Assembly (NCBI GenBank): GCA_046583355.1
Contig: JAYGCM010000087.1
Span: 50,626 to 114,625, forward strand
Direction of reading: 5' to 3'
Length of the DNA stretch: 64,000 nucleotides
DNA from: Deltaproteobacteria bacterium
GTDB taxonomy: Bacteria > Desulfobacterota > Binatia > UBA12015
Of this stretch, positions 38,420 to 49,833 are shown in pieces (within the stretch, counting starts at the first letter, position 1; each line of letters starts with the position of its first letter). A model generated the notes under the pieces. The model was not told the origin of the DNA, did not search any database, and worked only from the letters and a program-made list of their open reading frames with translations. The position numbers and the translations under genes were made by a program.

Positions 38420-39457
38420 CTAGCCGTCGACGCCGACCGGGCGGCCGCCTGGTCGCGGGCCAAATTGGTAGCGGGCCATTTTCCATAGGTCCGCGGCGCT
38501 CGAGCCGAGGTGGCGGACCACGCTGGGCTCGAAGCCGGAGTGCATCTTGCAGTTCTGACAGCGATCGTCCTGCCGGCTCTCCCAGTAATCCCAATTGACG
38601 CCGGTCCAGAACTCGTCCCAGGTCGGGTAGAATTTCTCGCCGATGAGGTAGCACGGCCCGCGCCAGCCCATTGGCGTGCGGGTGGGGTTGCCCCATGGCG
38701 TACAGGGGTAGTCGCGCAGGCCGGCGGCAAATTCGAGGAAAAGGGGCGTAGATGAGATGGCGTAGGATTTGGCGAGCTGGATGACGCGCTTGAATTTGCG
38801 CTCGATTTCGTCGCGGAACATGAAATGTTCGTCCGCGCCTTCGATCGCCTGGTAATGGTAGCCGGGAGAAACCAGCATGCCTTGGACGCCCATCGGCGTG
38901 AGCAGAGCGGCCATTTCTTCGAGTTCCTCAAGGCTGGTCTCGCGATAGACCGTCGTATTGGTCGAGACGGCGTAGCCGCGACGCAGGCCCTCCTTGATCT
39001 GCTCGATTGCGGTATCGAAGACGCCCTCGCGCCGGCAGACCATATCGTGGGTCTCGCGCATGCCGTCAAGGTGGACATTGATCAACAGGCGTTTATGCGG
39101 CTTCATTTTCGCGTAGAAGCTCTCGAGTTCGATCCCGTTGGTGCAGAGGATGACCTGCTTCTTGCGCGCGATGCAGCCCTCGATCAGTTCGACGATTTCG
39201 GGGTAGAGCGTGGGTTCGCCGCCGCAGATCGAGACCACCGGCGCGCCGCAATCGTCGACCGATTGCAGGCAATCTTCCACCGAGAGGCGGTCTTTGAGCT
39301 TGCCGGTATGGCGCTCAGGCGTGCAGCCGATGCAGGCGAGATTGCAGGTATAGAGCGGCTCCAGCATGAGTACGATGGGGTAGCGTTTGTTGCCCGCAAC
39401 CTTGTTCTGGAATTGCCATTTCGCCATATCCGTGGCGACGTGCAGCGGAAATCTCAT
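38420..39457 (-). CDS. hpnH: Adenosyl-hopene transferase HpnH (radical SAM)
   Basis: SD GAGGAG; MRFPL..., LMLEPLYTCNLACIGC, GGEP, CTPWGNPT, GPCYL, RCQNCKMHSGFEP. Confidence 0.93.
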   Translation of the reverse strand: MRFPLHVATDMAKWQFQNKVAGNKRYPIVLMLEPLYTCNLACIGCTPERHTGKLKDRLSVEDCLQSVDDCGAPVVSICGGEPTLYPEIVELIEGCIARKKQVILCTNGIELESFYAKMKPHKRLLINVHLDGMRETHDMVCRREGVFDTAIEQIKEGLRRGYAVSTNTTVYRETSLEELEEMAALLTPMGVQGMLVSPGYHYQAIEGADEHFMFRDEIERKFKRVIQLAKSYAISSTPLFLEFAAGLRDYPCTPWGNPTRTPMGWRGPCYLIGEKFYPTWDEFWTGVNWDYWESRQDDRCQNCKMHSGFEPSVVRHLGSSAADLWKMARYQFGPRPGGRPVGVDG

Positions 39458-39507
39458 CCTGTTCTCCTCCTCGAAGATGCTTGTCGGCGCAAGCGCTGAC
39501 CGGGAGG

Positions 39508-40275
39508 TCAGTAGCCCGCGCTGAGGGTTCTGGCAAGCGCGGGAACCAATACACCATGCGCTGCCTGCAAGCGTTTTAGCGCGCGTCTCGTGCCCAGCGC
39601 CAGGCCGATCAGATTGCGCAGCCGGCGCGGCCGTAGGAGGGCTCCGCCGGCCAGTCGGATCTGGGTTGCGAGTTTTTCCGGGTCGGCCGAACCGAGGTCC
39701 GGCAGGGTATCGCGGGCGCCGTCGGCGATGCCGCGTAGGGCGAGTGCGGGGATATCGCAGGCGGCGGCCGCCGCCAGCAGCGGGCCGCTTTCCATATCCA
39801 CCGCAATCGCGCCGGTTGCCGCAGCGAGTGCGGCTTTGTCGCGCGGGCGGGTGATCGGAGCATCGACGGTGACCAGGATTCCGGTGGTCGTGGAGATCCG
39901 GGCGCCGCCAATCGACGAGCGCGCAGTTGCCAGCAGGCCGGGGGCGGGGTGCATCGACGGCGCTTCTGCGGCGGCGCCGTTGCGGACCTCGTGGGCGAGG
40001 ATCAGTGCGCCTGGGCGGATGGCGCCGGAGAGGGCGCCTGCCAGTCCCGTGGCTACGAGGGCGCGTGGTTCGGCGGCCAGCAAGAGGGGCGCCGCCCGTG
40101 CCGCGTTCTCGGGTCCGATGCCGGTCTTTACGATCCAGGTCGGCACGTCGCCGACGAGCCCGCGGTACCCCTGGAGGCCGCCGGTCTCGAACGCGCGGGC
40201 ATCGTCCAGGATGCCGCGTAAAGCACGGCATTCGAGGTCGAGGGCCATGGCCAGAATGATGGTCGGATTGTTCAG
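39508..40275 (-). CDS. hpnG: Hopanoid-associated nucleoside phosphorylase/nucleosidase HpnG
   Basis: TGIG, TGLAGAL, AVDMES, RGIAD; adjacent to hpnH. The start is either ATG 40248 or CTG 40275 (see findings). Confidence 0.85.
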   Translation of the reverse strand: MNNPTIILAMALDLECRALRGILDDARAFETGGLQGYRGLVGDVPTWIVKTGIGPENAARAAPLLLAAEPRALVATGLAGALSGAIRPGALILAHEVRNGAAAEAPSMHPAPGLLATARSSIGGARISTTTGILVTVDAPITRPRDKAALAAATGAIAVDMESGPLLAAAAACDIPALALRGIADGARDTLPDLGSADPEKLATQIRLAGGALLRPRRLRNLIGLALGTRRALKRLQAAHGVLVPALARTLSAGY

Positions 40276-41174
40276 CGGACGTGTACCCGAAAGTTGGCGG
40301 CCATGGTTGCGCCGGCCTCGAGGACGACGACGCCCGAGCCGTCGATGCCGTCCGCAAGGAGGTTGAAGCCGTTATTCGCGTTGCTCACGGGTTCGAGCGC
40401 GAAGAAACTCTCGCCGGGAGGCGTGAAGAGGACCATATGGCGTAAAGGTTTATCGCAATCGATCGCGGCCGTGACGCCGCTGCCGGGCCAATGCAGCTCG
40501 GCGTGGCCGTCCCAGCCGGTAAAGCAGGTGTCAAAACCGGCGCTTGGCAGAGCGCGCCGCTCAGTGAAATCTTGTTCGGGCACAAGCGGCCGGGCGGCCT
40601 CCTGTGGTGCCAGGCTCGTGTAGGCGCCCGTGGTCCGCATTTGCAACTCGACCTTTTCGTTCGGGTCCAGCAGGGTGCGTTCGTAATAAGGGTGGAAGCC
40701 GAAGCCGGCGGGCATCGGCCCGGTGCCGCGGTTCATGAGTTCGATTCGCGCGGTCATGGTGTCGGCGTGCACGGTGTAGGTCAGCGTGGCCGCAAAGGGG
40801 AAGGGGAAGCCTGGGTCGGGAAGGGCCGCCGAGTCAAAACCAAGGCGGATCTTCTCGTCGCTGCATGCGACGACCTCCCAGGGTTGCTGGCGCACGCAGC
40901 CGTGGATCGCGTAGCCGCCTGTGAAATTGGCCTCGAGCTGCCAGGTCTTGCCAGCAAAATGAAAGCGGGCATCGGTCAGTCGGTTCGAGAAGGGCGCCAG
41001 CACGAACGCCGCCATGGCTGAGGAGTCGAGCTGGGCAATCGCCTCGCGTGGGGTCGCGCGCATCAGCGGGACCCAGCGCCCCTCGCGCCGGATCGCCAGC
41101 GTGACGATGCTCGCCCCGGCCTCCGGCAGCACCTCCAAGCGTAGAGCGTCATTCTGCAATCGTAGCAATGGCAT
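40272..41174 (-). CDS. Aldose 1-epimerase (galactose mutarotase-like)
   Basis: Purine-rich SD then ATG 41174; [32 protein letters not shown]. Confidence 0.88.
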   Translation of the reverse strand: MPLLRLQNDALRLEVLPEAGASIVTLAIRREGRWVPLMRATPREAIAQLDSSAMAAFVLAPFSNRLTDARFHFAGKTWQLEANFTGGYAIHGCVRQQPWEVVACSDEKIRLGFDSAALPDPGFPFPFAATLTYTVHADTMTARIELMNRGTGPMPAGFGFHPYYERTLLDPNEKVELQMRTTGAYTSLAPQEAARPLVPEQDFTERRALPSAGFDTCFTGWDGHAELHWPGSGVTAAIDCDKPLRHMVLFTPPGESFFALEPVSNANNGFNLLADGIDGSGVVVLEAGATMAANFRVHVR

Positions 41175-41321
41175 CGTCTTGTCTCTCCCCTCGGACCGGA
41201 GCGCATCATGCCGGTCGTCGCACAATGGTGCAATCCAGCGGCGCGGCCTGCTCGACCTTGGATTGTCAGCGGATCCGGGATAATTGTCGGGAGTGATGAG
41301 AAACTCAGCGGAAGGGGCGAT

Positions 41322-43502
<2,181 letters not shown>

Positions 43503-43537
43503 CTAACGTACGGCGCGCGCCGTGTTAGAAACCGAAC

Positions 43538-45523
43538 ATGGAACTGCGGGATATCGTCGTGCTCCTCGCTGCTTCGATCCCGATCGTTTTTGCCTGCCAC
43601 CGTGTAGGCATTCCGAGTCTGGTGGGATTCTTGTTGGCCGGGATTCTTCTCGGGCCAGGCGGGCTGAGTGTCATTGCCGATGCCGCCTTCATCAACAGCC
43701 TCGGTCATCTCGGTGCGGTCCTGCTGCTTTTCGTGATCGGCCTGGAGCTCTCGGTCGGCGAGTTGGCGCGTTTGGGCGGGCGGGTCTTTCTTGCGGGATT
43801 CGCACAGATTCTCTTGATGGGGGGGCTCGCCGTAGGCGTCGCCTTTGCCTTTGGCTGGACGCTGAACCCGGCCTTGATGATCGCCTTTGTGCTGGTCCAT
43901 TCCAGTACCGTCGTCGCACTCAAACTTTTCGCCGACCGCGGCCAACTCGATGCGCCGCAAGGCCGTGTCGCGACCGGAATTCTCGTTCTACAGGACCTCG
44001 CGGTCGTCCCGATGGTTTTGCTGATTCCGCTGCTCGCGGAAGGCGGTACGATCCAGCCTGCGGCGATTGCCTTTGAACTCGGCAAATCCCTCGTCCTGGT
44101 CGTGGGAATCGTTGTGCTGGCGCGCCTCGTTTTACCGGTGCTGCTTCGCCAGACAGCGAAACTCGGCGTGCGCGAACTCTTCACGGTTACGGTCGTGGTC
44201 GTCTGCCTCGGCACCGCCTGGCTCGCCGGCTCCTTTCATCTCTCGTTGGAGATCGGCGCACTGATTGCCGGCCTGGTTCTCTCGGACTCCGAATACTCCC
44301 ATCAGGTCTTCGCCGAGATGGCCGCGATGCGCGATCTCTTCGCCAGCCTCTTCTTCATCTCGATCGGTATGCACCTGAGCTACGAATTTCTCTTATCGCA
44401 TGCTCTTGAGGTGCTGCTCGGCGCGGCGGCGCTGATGATCCTGAAGACATTGATTTTCACGCTTCTCCTTCTTCCCGTTTTGCATTCCGTCCGGCTCGCC
44501 TTGGTGCTGGGCGTCGGCCTCTCGCAGCTGGGTGAGTTGGCGATCGTGCTCCTCGGTATCGCCGCTCCGCACGGGATTCTTTCTCCCGAGACGCATGAGA
44601 TGTTGATCGGCATCTCGGTGGTGACCTTCGGCGTCTCGCCACTTCTATTGGGGCCGGCCGAGCGCTTCGGGCTTTGGTGGCAGCGCCGCGAGGGCAAGGC
44701 CCTGGCGAGCTTCGATGCGGACAAGGAGATCTCCGGGCATGTGGTCATTCTCGGCTATGGGCTCAACGGCCGAAACCTGGCGCGTGTATTGCGCGAAACG
44801 GGCGTTCCCTTCCGCGTCGCGGCGATGAATCCGGTCCGGATCGCCGAGGCGCGCGCGCGTGGCGAAGAGATCGTCTATGGGGATGCGACCAGCCGCGAGG
44901 TCCTCGAACGGCTCGGTGTTCCACAAGCAGCGATTGTTGTCATTGCCATCTCCGATTCGGTTGCGACGCAACGCGCCACCGGGTTGGTGCGCGAGTTGAA
45001 CCCGCAGAGCGTGCTGATCGTACGGACGCGCACCGTCGCCGAGATCGAACGCCTCCGCGAACTCGGCGCCGATGATGTGATTCCCGAAGAATTCGAGACC
45101 TCGGTCGAGATCTTCGCGCGTGTATTGCGTCGCCTGCATCTGCCGCGCAATGTGATCGACCTGCAGGTCTCGCTGATTCGCCGCGATGGCTATGAGATGT
45201 TGCGTGGTCTCGAATTGCCGCGCCAGAGCCTGCGCGATGTACAACATCTGCTGGCCGCGGCACTCACGGAAACCTATCTCCTCGAGCCGGGGAGTGCGGC
45301 GGTGGCCTGTGCCATCCGCGACCTCCGACTGCGCCACGAGACGGGCGTCACGATCATTGCCGTGGTGCGTGACGGGCACTCAACGGCCAACCCTGGGGTT
45401 TCCTTTGTGCTCGAGGCGGGCGATATTCTGGTTCTGCTCGGCAACCATGCGGCTTTGGAGAAGGCCTATGAGCGCTTGGCTCCGCCCCCGCTCACAGAAG
45501 CCGACACCGCTACCCCGGCTTGA
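43538..45523 (+). CDS. Monovalent cation:proton antiporter (CPA2/KefC-like) with TrkA-N and TrkA-C domains
   Basis: LLFVIGLE, SSTVV, ILVLQDL, VILGYGLNG, YGDAT, VIPEEFE, GVTIIAVVR. Confidence 0.92.
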   Translation: MELRDIVVLLAASIPIVFACHRVGIPSLVGFLLAGILLGPGGLSVIADAAFINSLGHLGAVLLLFVIGLELSVGELARLGGRVFLAGFAQILLMGGLAVGVAFAFGWTLNPALMIAFVLVHSSTVVALKLFADRGQLDAPQGRVATGILVLQDLAVVPMVLLIPLLAEGGTIQPAAIAFELGKSLVLVVGIVVLARLVLPVLLRQTAKLGVRELFTVTVVVVCLGTAWLAGSFHLSLEIGALIAGLVLSDSEYSHQVFAEMAAMRDLFASLFFISIGMHLSYEFLLSHALEVLLGAAALMILKTLIFTLLLLPVLHSVRLALVLGVGLSQLGELAIVLLGIAAPHGILSPETHEMLIGISVVTFGVSPLLLGPAERFGLWWQRREGKALASFDADKEISGHVVILGYGLNGRNLARVLRETGVPFRVAAMNPVRIAEARARGEEIVYGDATSREVLERLGVPQAAIVVIAISDSVATQRATGLVRELNPQSVLIVRTRTVAEIERLRELGADDVIPEEFETSVEIFARVLRRLHLPRNVIDLQVSLIRRDGYEMLRGLELPRQSLRDVQHLLAAALTETYLLEPGSAAVACAIRDLRLRHETGVTIIAVVRDGHSTANPGVSFVLEAGDILVLLGNHAALEKAYERLAPPPLTEADTATPA

Positions 45524-46458
45524 TCCAATCGCTGCAATTGGCTGACGAAAAATTCGCTGAAACGCTCGCCCTCGACGCTACGCGCGCAGCGGATTTTGCG
45601 GCCGCGGGCATCTTCGAGGGTACGGAAGATGCCGTCGCGCCAGGCTGGCAGAATGTGCAGGTCTTCGAAGGTGCAAAACGACTCATCGACCGCAGCGACC
45701 AGTGCGAGCGGGTCGTGCAGGAAAGCGGCGTTGCCGCCTAGCGAACCGATATGCCGCTCAAAGAGGGCACGTTGTATGGGCGACCAGAGGTCGAGTGCAC
45801 GCACGATCGCGTCCAGGGCCGGGCCGGGAGTCGAAGCCAATCGGTCGCGTCCGGCAACCGAAAGCCAGGTGCGCATGGTGACGTCGGCGGTAACCAGCCG
45901 GGTTGGAATGTCAGCGCGCAGGACGATCTCGGTGGCCTCGGGGTCGGAGCAGAGATTGTAGTCGATACCGAAGGGAAAGCTCTTCTCGCCGAAGCGGATC
46001 TCGCTCAGATGCCCGCCCATGATTGTCAATTGCGGGATTTTGGCGGCCGTCTCGGGCTGGTCCCGGATCAGTCGGGCGATATTCGTAAGTGGGCCGATCG
46101 CCACGATTTCGGCATCGGGATGCTCGCCGAGTAGGCGAGTCAGCGCTACAACGGCTTCTTCGTCCTGCGTCGCCAGGGCCTCGCCTGCTTGCAGGATGCC
46201 ATCGCCTTCGGCGCCATGCGCAAAGAAGACGTTCTTGCCGCCCAGCGGCTCGCGGCTGCCTGTGAAGACGGGAATATCGGGTCGCCCGGCCAGGTCCAGC
46301 AATTTGCGCGTGATCCGACTGCGGCAAGGGGTGTCGCCGGCAACCGTCGTGACCCCGATGAGATCGATTGCCGGCATCGTGAGCGCGAGTCCGAGGCAGA
46401 GTGCGTCGTCGACATCGCTGCCCATATCGGTGTCGAGTATGATTTTGGTTCTCTTCAG
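45466..46458 (-). CDS. Inosine/uridine-preferring nucleoside hydrolase family
   Basis: KIILDTDMGSDVDDA, IGPLTN, IMGG, DYNL..DPEA, LHDPLA; the signature requires a start upstream of ATG 46425 (CTG 46458 proposed). Confidence 0.88.
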   Translation of the reverse strand: MKRTKIILDTDMGSDVDDALCLGLALTMPAIDLIGVTTVAGDTPCRSRITRKLLDLAGRPDIPVFTGSREPLGGKNVFFAHGAEGDGILQAGEALATQDEEAVVALTRLLGEHPDAEIVAIGPLTNIARLIRDQPETAAKIPQLTIMGGHLSEIRFGEKSFPFGIDYNLCSDPEATEIVLRADIPTRLVTADVTMRTWLSVAGRDRLASTPGPALDAIVRALDLWSPIQRALFERHIGSLGGNAAFLHDPLALVAAVDESFCTFEDLHILPAWRDGIFRTLEDARGRKIRCARSVEGERFSEFFVSQLQRLDQAGVAVSASVSGGGAKRS

Positions 46459-47513
46459 GTGATTTCCAGCGCTTCGGGGCTCGCGGGCGGATGGTCCAGC
46501 CAGCCACGTGCCGTGTCAATGGCGGTGAGCGATGCCGGTACTTCGCTGGTCGCCGCGACGCGCGCCGCGCCGATCGTGCGCCGCAGCATTTCGATGGCTG
46601 CCAGACCGGCGACCTCGTCGAACGCCGGTACCTGGTCGGCTGGCTGTGCGGCGGAATAGGCATCCCAGAGCGCGCGGGCGCGCAAGCGAAGAAGCGTATC
46701 GTCGGCGCGCGCGATCCCCGCCAAGGCGAGATGGCCGAGAAGGTTCCCGGGGTCGAAGGCGGGATTTCCGATATGGGCGATTTCGGCGTCGAGAAGTTTC
46801 GGCCCGGTCTTCGTCAAGAGGATATTGCCCGGTTGGGGGTCAGCGTGAAGAAGAACTTCGTGGTTCTCGCGGCAACGCCTGGCGATTGCCGCGATACGCG
46901 CCAGGAGCTTGGCGTCGCCGCGCAGGATACGAGCTGCCTCGCGAACGGGCTCGGGCAGCGGAAAATCGTTTTCGGCAAAAGGCAGGTCGAAGATATGGGT
47001 GAAATGCAGCTCGCGCATCTCTTGGTTGGCGAAGCGCGTGTGCAGCGAACCATCGCCACGGGTCACGTTATGGACGCGACCGAGCAGGGCGCCGATCTTC
47101 GCAAGTGCGGGATTGAGGTCGGTTTCGCGGCCGAGTTCGTCATCGAGACGCGGGACCTCGCCCAGATCCTCCAGCACCAGGACGCGTGCTTCTGCGCAAA
47201 AATCGAGCACCTGGGGACAACATCCGTCGACATCGAGCGGACGTGCGAGTTCGAGCCAGGCGGATTCAATGAGAATCCGTTTCGTATCCACGCGGTATTC
47301 GGGAAAGCGTTCCAGCTGTTCCCGAGCCTGTTTGAGGATGAAGCTGCGGCCATCGGCACAGCGCACGCGCCGGACCCAATTGATATTGCCGTCGCCGGCC
47401 GGCTCGAGCGTGGCCTGCTCCGTGGCCCCCAGCAGGCCGCGTTCGCGCAGATGGTCGATCGCCGAAAGTTCGTCCAGCGGCCGTCTTCGCTTCTCTTCTT
47501 GCGTTAGCGACAC
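46455..47513 (-). CDS. Methylthioribose kinase-like phosphotransferase (MtnK/APH fold)
   Basis: GTG 47513; GDGNINWV, FILKQA, LVLEDL, FANQEM, LLHADPQPGNIL, LDAE. Confidence 0.75.
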   Translation of the reverse strand: MSLTQEEKRRRPLDELSAIDHLRERGLLGATEQATLEPAGDGNINWVRRVRCADGRSFILKQAREQLERFPEYRVDTKRILIESAWLELARPLDVDGCCPQVLDFCAEARVLVLEDLGEVPRLDDELGRETDLNPALAKIGALLGRVHNVTRGDGSLHTRFANQEMRELHFTHIFDLPFAENDFPLPEPVREAARILRGDAKLLARIAAIARRCRENHEVLLHADPQPGNILLTKTGPKLLDAEIAHIGNPAFDPGNLLGHLALAGIARADDTLLRLRARALWDAYSAAQPADQVPAFDEVAGLAAIEMLRRTIGAARVAATSEVPASLTAIDTARGWLDHPPASPEALEIT

Positions 47514-47538
47514 TGGTCGAGCTTCGCGCGTGCCGCCG

Positions 47539-49833
47539 ATGGATGCAAGACTGCGCGGCGTGCGGGAAGAGCAGGAGAATTCGGGCGTTCGCGTCCTGGT
47601 GGTGGGCGATCCTGCGGCGCTCGAACGTGACCTGGCCGACCAGGTGGCCAAGGCATGCGGCGTGACCTCGGCAAGCGAGTGCGGGCTGGAAGCTCTGGTG
47701 GTGGCGACGGCCGAGGAATTCGTGTTGGTCGCGTCGGCTTCGGCGCGCTGGGCGCCCGCGGCTCTGGCGGCCGCGGTGGCGGCTCTGCAGGCTAGACCGA
47801 CCGCGGCGGCCGCCGTGCTGGCATGCGAGTTTGCCGAAGGTGGAGAGGCGGCGGCGGCCGACGCGGCCGTTGTGCATGCGGATGTCGCGGCATTGCTGCT
47901 TGCGGCGGCGGCCGGCAAAGGGCCTCTGCCGGAGCAGCTGCTTTTTCGCCGCACGGCACTTGCCGATGCCTTCGGTCCCCGCGGCGGGCGCACCTTCGGC
48001 ACAGCCGCCCTGGCGGTGCTGGCTCGTCATGAGGTGGTCTTCCTTGCCGAGGGGCTGGTGCGCAGCTTGTCCAGCGGTAGCCGCCTCTTGATGGGCGAAG
48101 AATTTCTCGATAGCGCGCTTCTTGAGGATTTCTGCTTCCGTCTCGGCGGTGGTGCCTGGGCCTCGCCCGCAGCGCGCCTGCAGGCGCGCGCCAGGATCGA
48201 GGCGGCGCTCGCCAGAAGGGCAAGCGATCTGCGAATCCCGCCGATCTCCGATGTGAGCGCTACGCGGCGCGGTGCCTTGCCTCTGGCCGCCGTCGCGCCG
48301 ATTCCGGGCGGGGATTTCGCGGCTGTCCCGGTGCCGAGCGCCGCTGAGCTGTGTGCCGCGCGTGCGGCCCGCCGTCTTGCCCTGAAGCAATACGAGCAGG
48401 CCGCGCGCCCAGGCACGGACGCACGCCAGGCTGCCGCAGATCCGCCGCTGGCCTCCGCCACGATCGACCCGGCGTCTTCTAAGCCGCTTCGGGTGGCCTT
48501 GATGGTCTCGCGTCTCGACAGGGGTGGCCTGGAGAGCGTGGTTCGAGATCTCGCCATCGGCTTTCCGGCACAGGGCTGCGTACCCTTTTTGATCTGCGAG
48601 AAGGGTGGTGGCCGCGTGGCCGAGAGCTTGCGAGCAGCAGGTGTTGCGGTTTTCTGTCTCGGTGAGAACGATCCGGTGGGCGAATTGGCGGTGCTCCTCG
48701 ACGATCTCGAGATTGACGTATTGGCGACGCATGATGCCTGGTCCGGCGTTCCGGTGGCGGTGGCGCGGGATATTCCCGTGGTGGCCGTATTGCATAATGA
48801 ATACGGCTGGCTGGGTGCGGGCAAGGACGATCCGATGGCGGCGCTGGGCCCGCTGATCAGTGGCTATATCGCCGTCAGCGAGAGTGTGCGAGCTTTCCAT
48901 GCCGCGCGCTTCGGCGTTATGGCCGCGAGCATCGCCGTGGTTCGTAACGCGCCGTCGCCACGTGTTGGCCAGGACGCGCGGCTGCCGCGCGCCCAGGCTA
49001 GAGCCGAATTGGCGCTCGATGATGGCGACACGATTCTCCTCAGTATCGGTCGGATCGAGCCTGTCAAAAATCAGATTTTGTTGGTCGAGGCGTTCGCACG
49101 CCGTCAGGCGGCCGGTTTGCGGGGGCGCCTGCTGCTGGTCGGAGAGGTTGCCGATTCTCTCTACGCCGCACGCTTGCACGCTCGCATTGCGGCGCTGGGC
49201 CTTGGCCCCGTCGTGCAGATCCTGGGCGTGCGCGGCGATATCGCGCGTCTGCTGTCCGCCGCGGACCTCTTTGTGCTGCCATCGCTTTTCGAGGGACTGA
49301 GCTTGGCGGCCGCCGAGGCCCTACAGGCGGGCGTGCCCGCCGTGCTCGGCCCCACAGGGGATGCGGATTTCCTACTTGGCCTGGAGGACGGCGCCGCGCC
49401 TGCCGGAATCCGCATCGAGCGCCCCGCAGCCGATCCGCATCGTGCGGACCTGGGCGCATTGCTTGGCCGGGCGGCCTGCCCGGACGAAGACGAGATTCGG
49501 GCATTGGACGATGCCTTGGCGGGTGCCTTGGCTGGATTGCCCGGCCTCAAGCTTGCCGCTGTAGCGCGCGCCGGGGTGCTGGCCGAGATGCTGGATCCCA
49601 TGCGCCCGATTCGTGAGCATGCAGCACGGTTGCTTGCCGCGGCGGCCATGCATGCCCCGTCGCATCTGCCGGCGGCACAGGCCGCAAGGCTGGCGGCTCG
49701 GGCTGGCTCGTCGGGGGGCCGTGGTGGCGGGGGCACGGACGGCGGTGGGACGGATCGGCCCGATGCTCTTGGTCTCTCGCGGCGGCTCAAGAAGCGCGTC
49801 GGGAGGCTGTGGCGGCGTCTACGGCCTGCATGA
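47539..49833 (+). CDS. Glycosyltransferase family 4 with a long, degenerate N-terminal region
   Basis: LDRGGLESVV, SIGRIEPVKNQ, FVLPSLFEGLSLAAAEA; start position uncertain. Confidence 0.8.
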   Translation: MDARLRGVREEQENSGVRVLVVGDPAALERDLADQVAKACGVTSASECGLEALVVATAEEFVLVASASARWAPAALAAAVAALQARPTAAAAVLACEFAEGGEAAAADAAVVHADVAALLLAAAAGKGPLPEQLLFRRTALADAFGPRGGRTFGTAALAVLARHEVVFLAEGLVRSLSSGSRLLMGEEFLDSALLEDFCFRLGGGAWASPAARLQARARIEAALARRASDLRIPPISDVSATRRGALPLAAVAPIPGGDFAAVPVPSAAELCAARAARRLALKQYEQAARPGTDARQAAADPPLASATIDPASSKPLRVALMVSRLDRGGLESVVRDLAIGFPAQGCVPFLICEKGGGRVAESLRAAGVAVFCLGENDPVGELAVLLDDLEIDVLATHDAWSGVPVAVARDIPVVAVLHNEYGWLGAGKDDPMAALGPLISGYIAVSESVRAFHAARFGVMAASIAVVRNAPSPRVGQDARLPRAQARAELALDDGDTILLSIGRIEPVKNQILLVEAFARRQAAGLRGRLLLVGEVADSLYAARLHARIAALGLGPVVQILGVRGDIARLLSAADLFVLPSLFEGLSLAAAEALQAGVPAVLGPTGDADFLLGLEDGAAPAGIRIERPAADPHRADLGALLGRAACPDEDEIRALDDALAGALAGLPGLKLAAVARAGVLAEMLDPMRPIREHAARLLAAAAMHAPSHLPAAQAARLAARAGSSGGRGGGGTDGGGTDRPDALGLSRRLKKRVGRLWRRLRPA

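Noticed and set aside
35188..40357. Long N-terminal extensions on hpnE (from 35188), hpnB (37116) and hpnH (40357) suggesting fusions
   Set aside because: The extensions are off-frame overlaps with neighbouring genes; proper coupled or SD-led starts exist at 35848, 37227 and 39457
46909..49179. Extended overlapping ORFs (46909 start of the GT, 48002 start of the kinase, 47266..49179 -)
   Set aside because: Mutually overlapping low-complexity extensions; divergent starts near 47513 and 47539 explain the region
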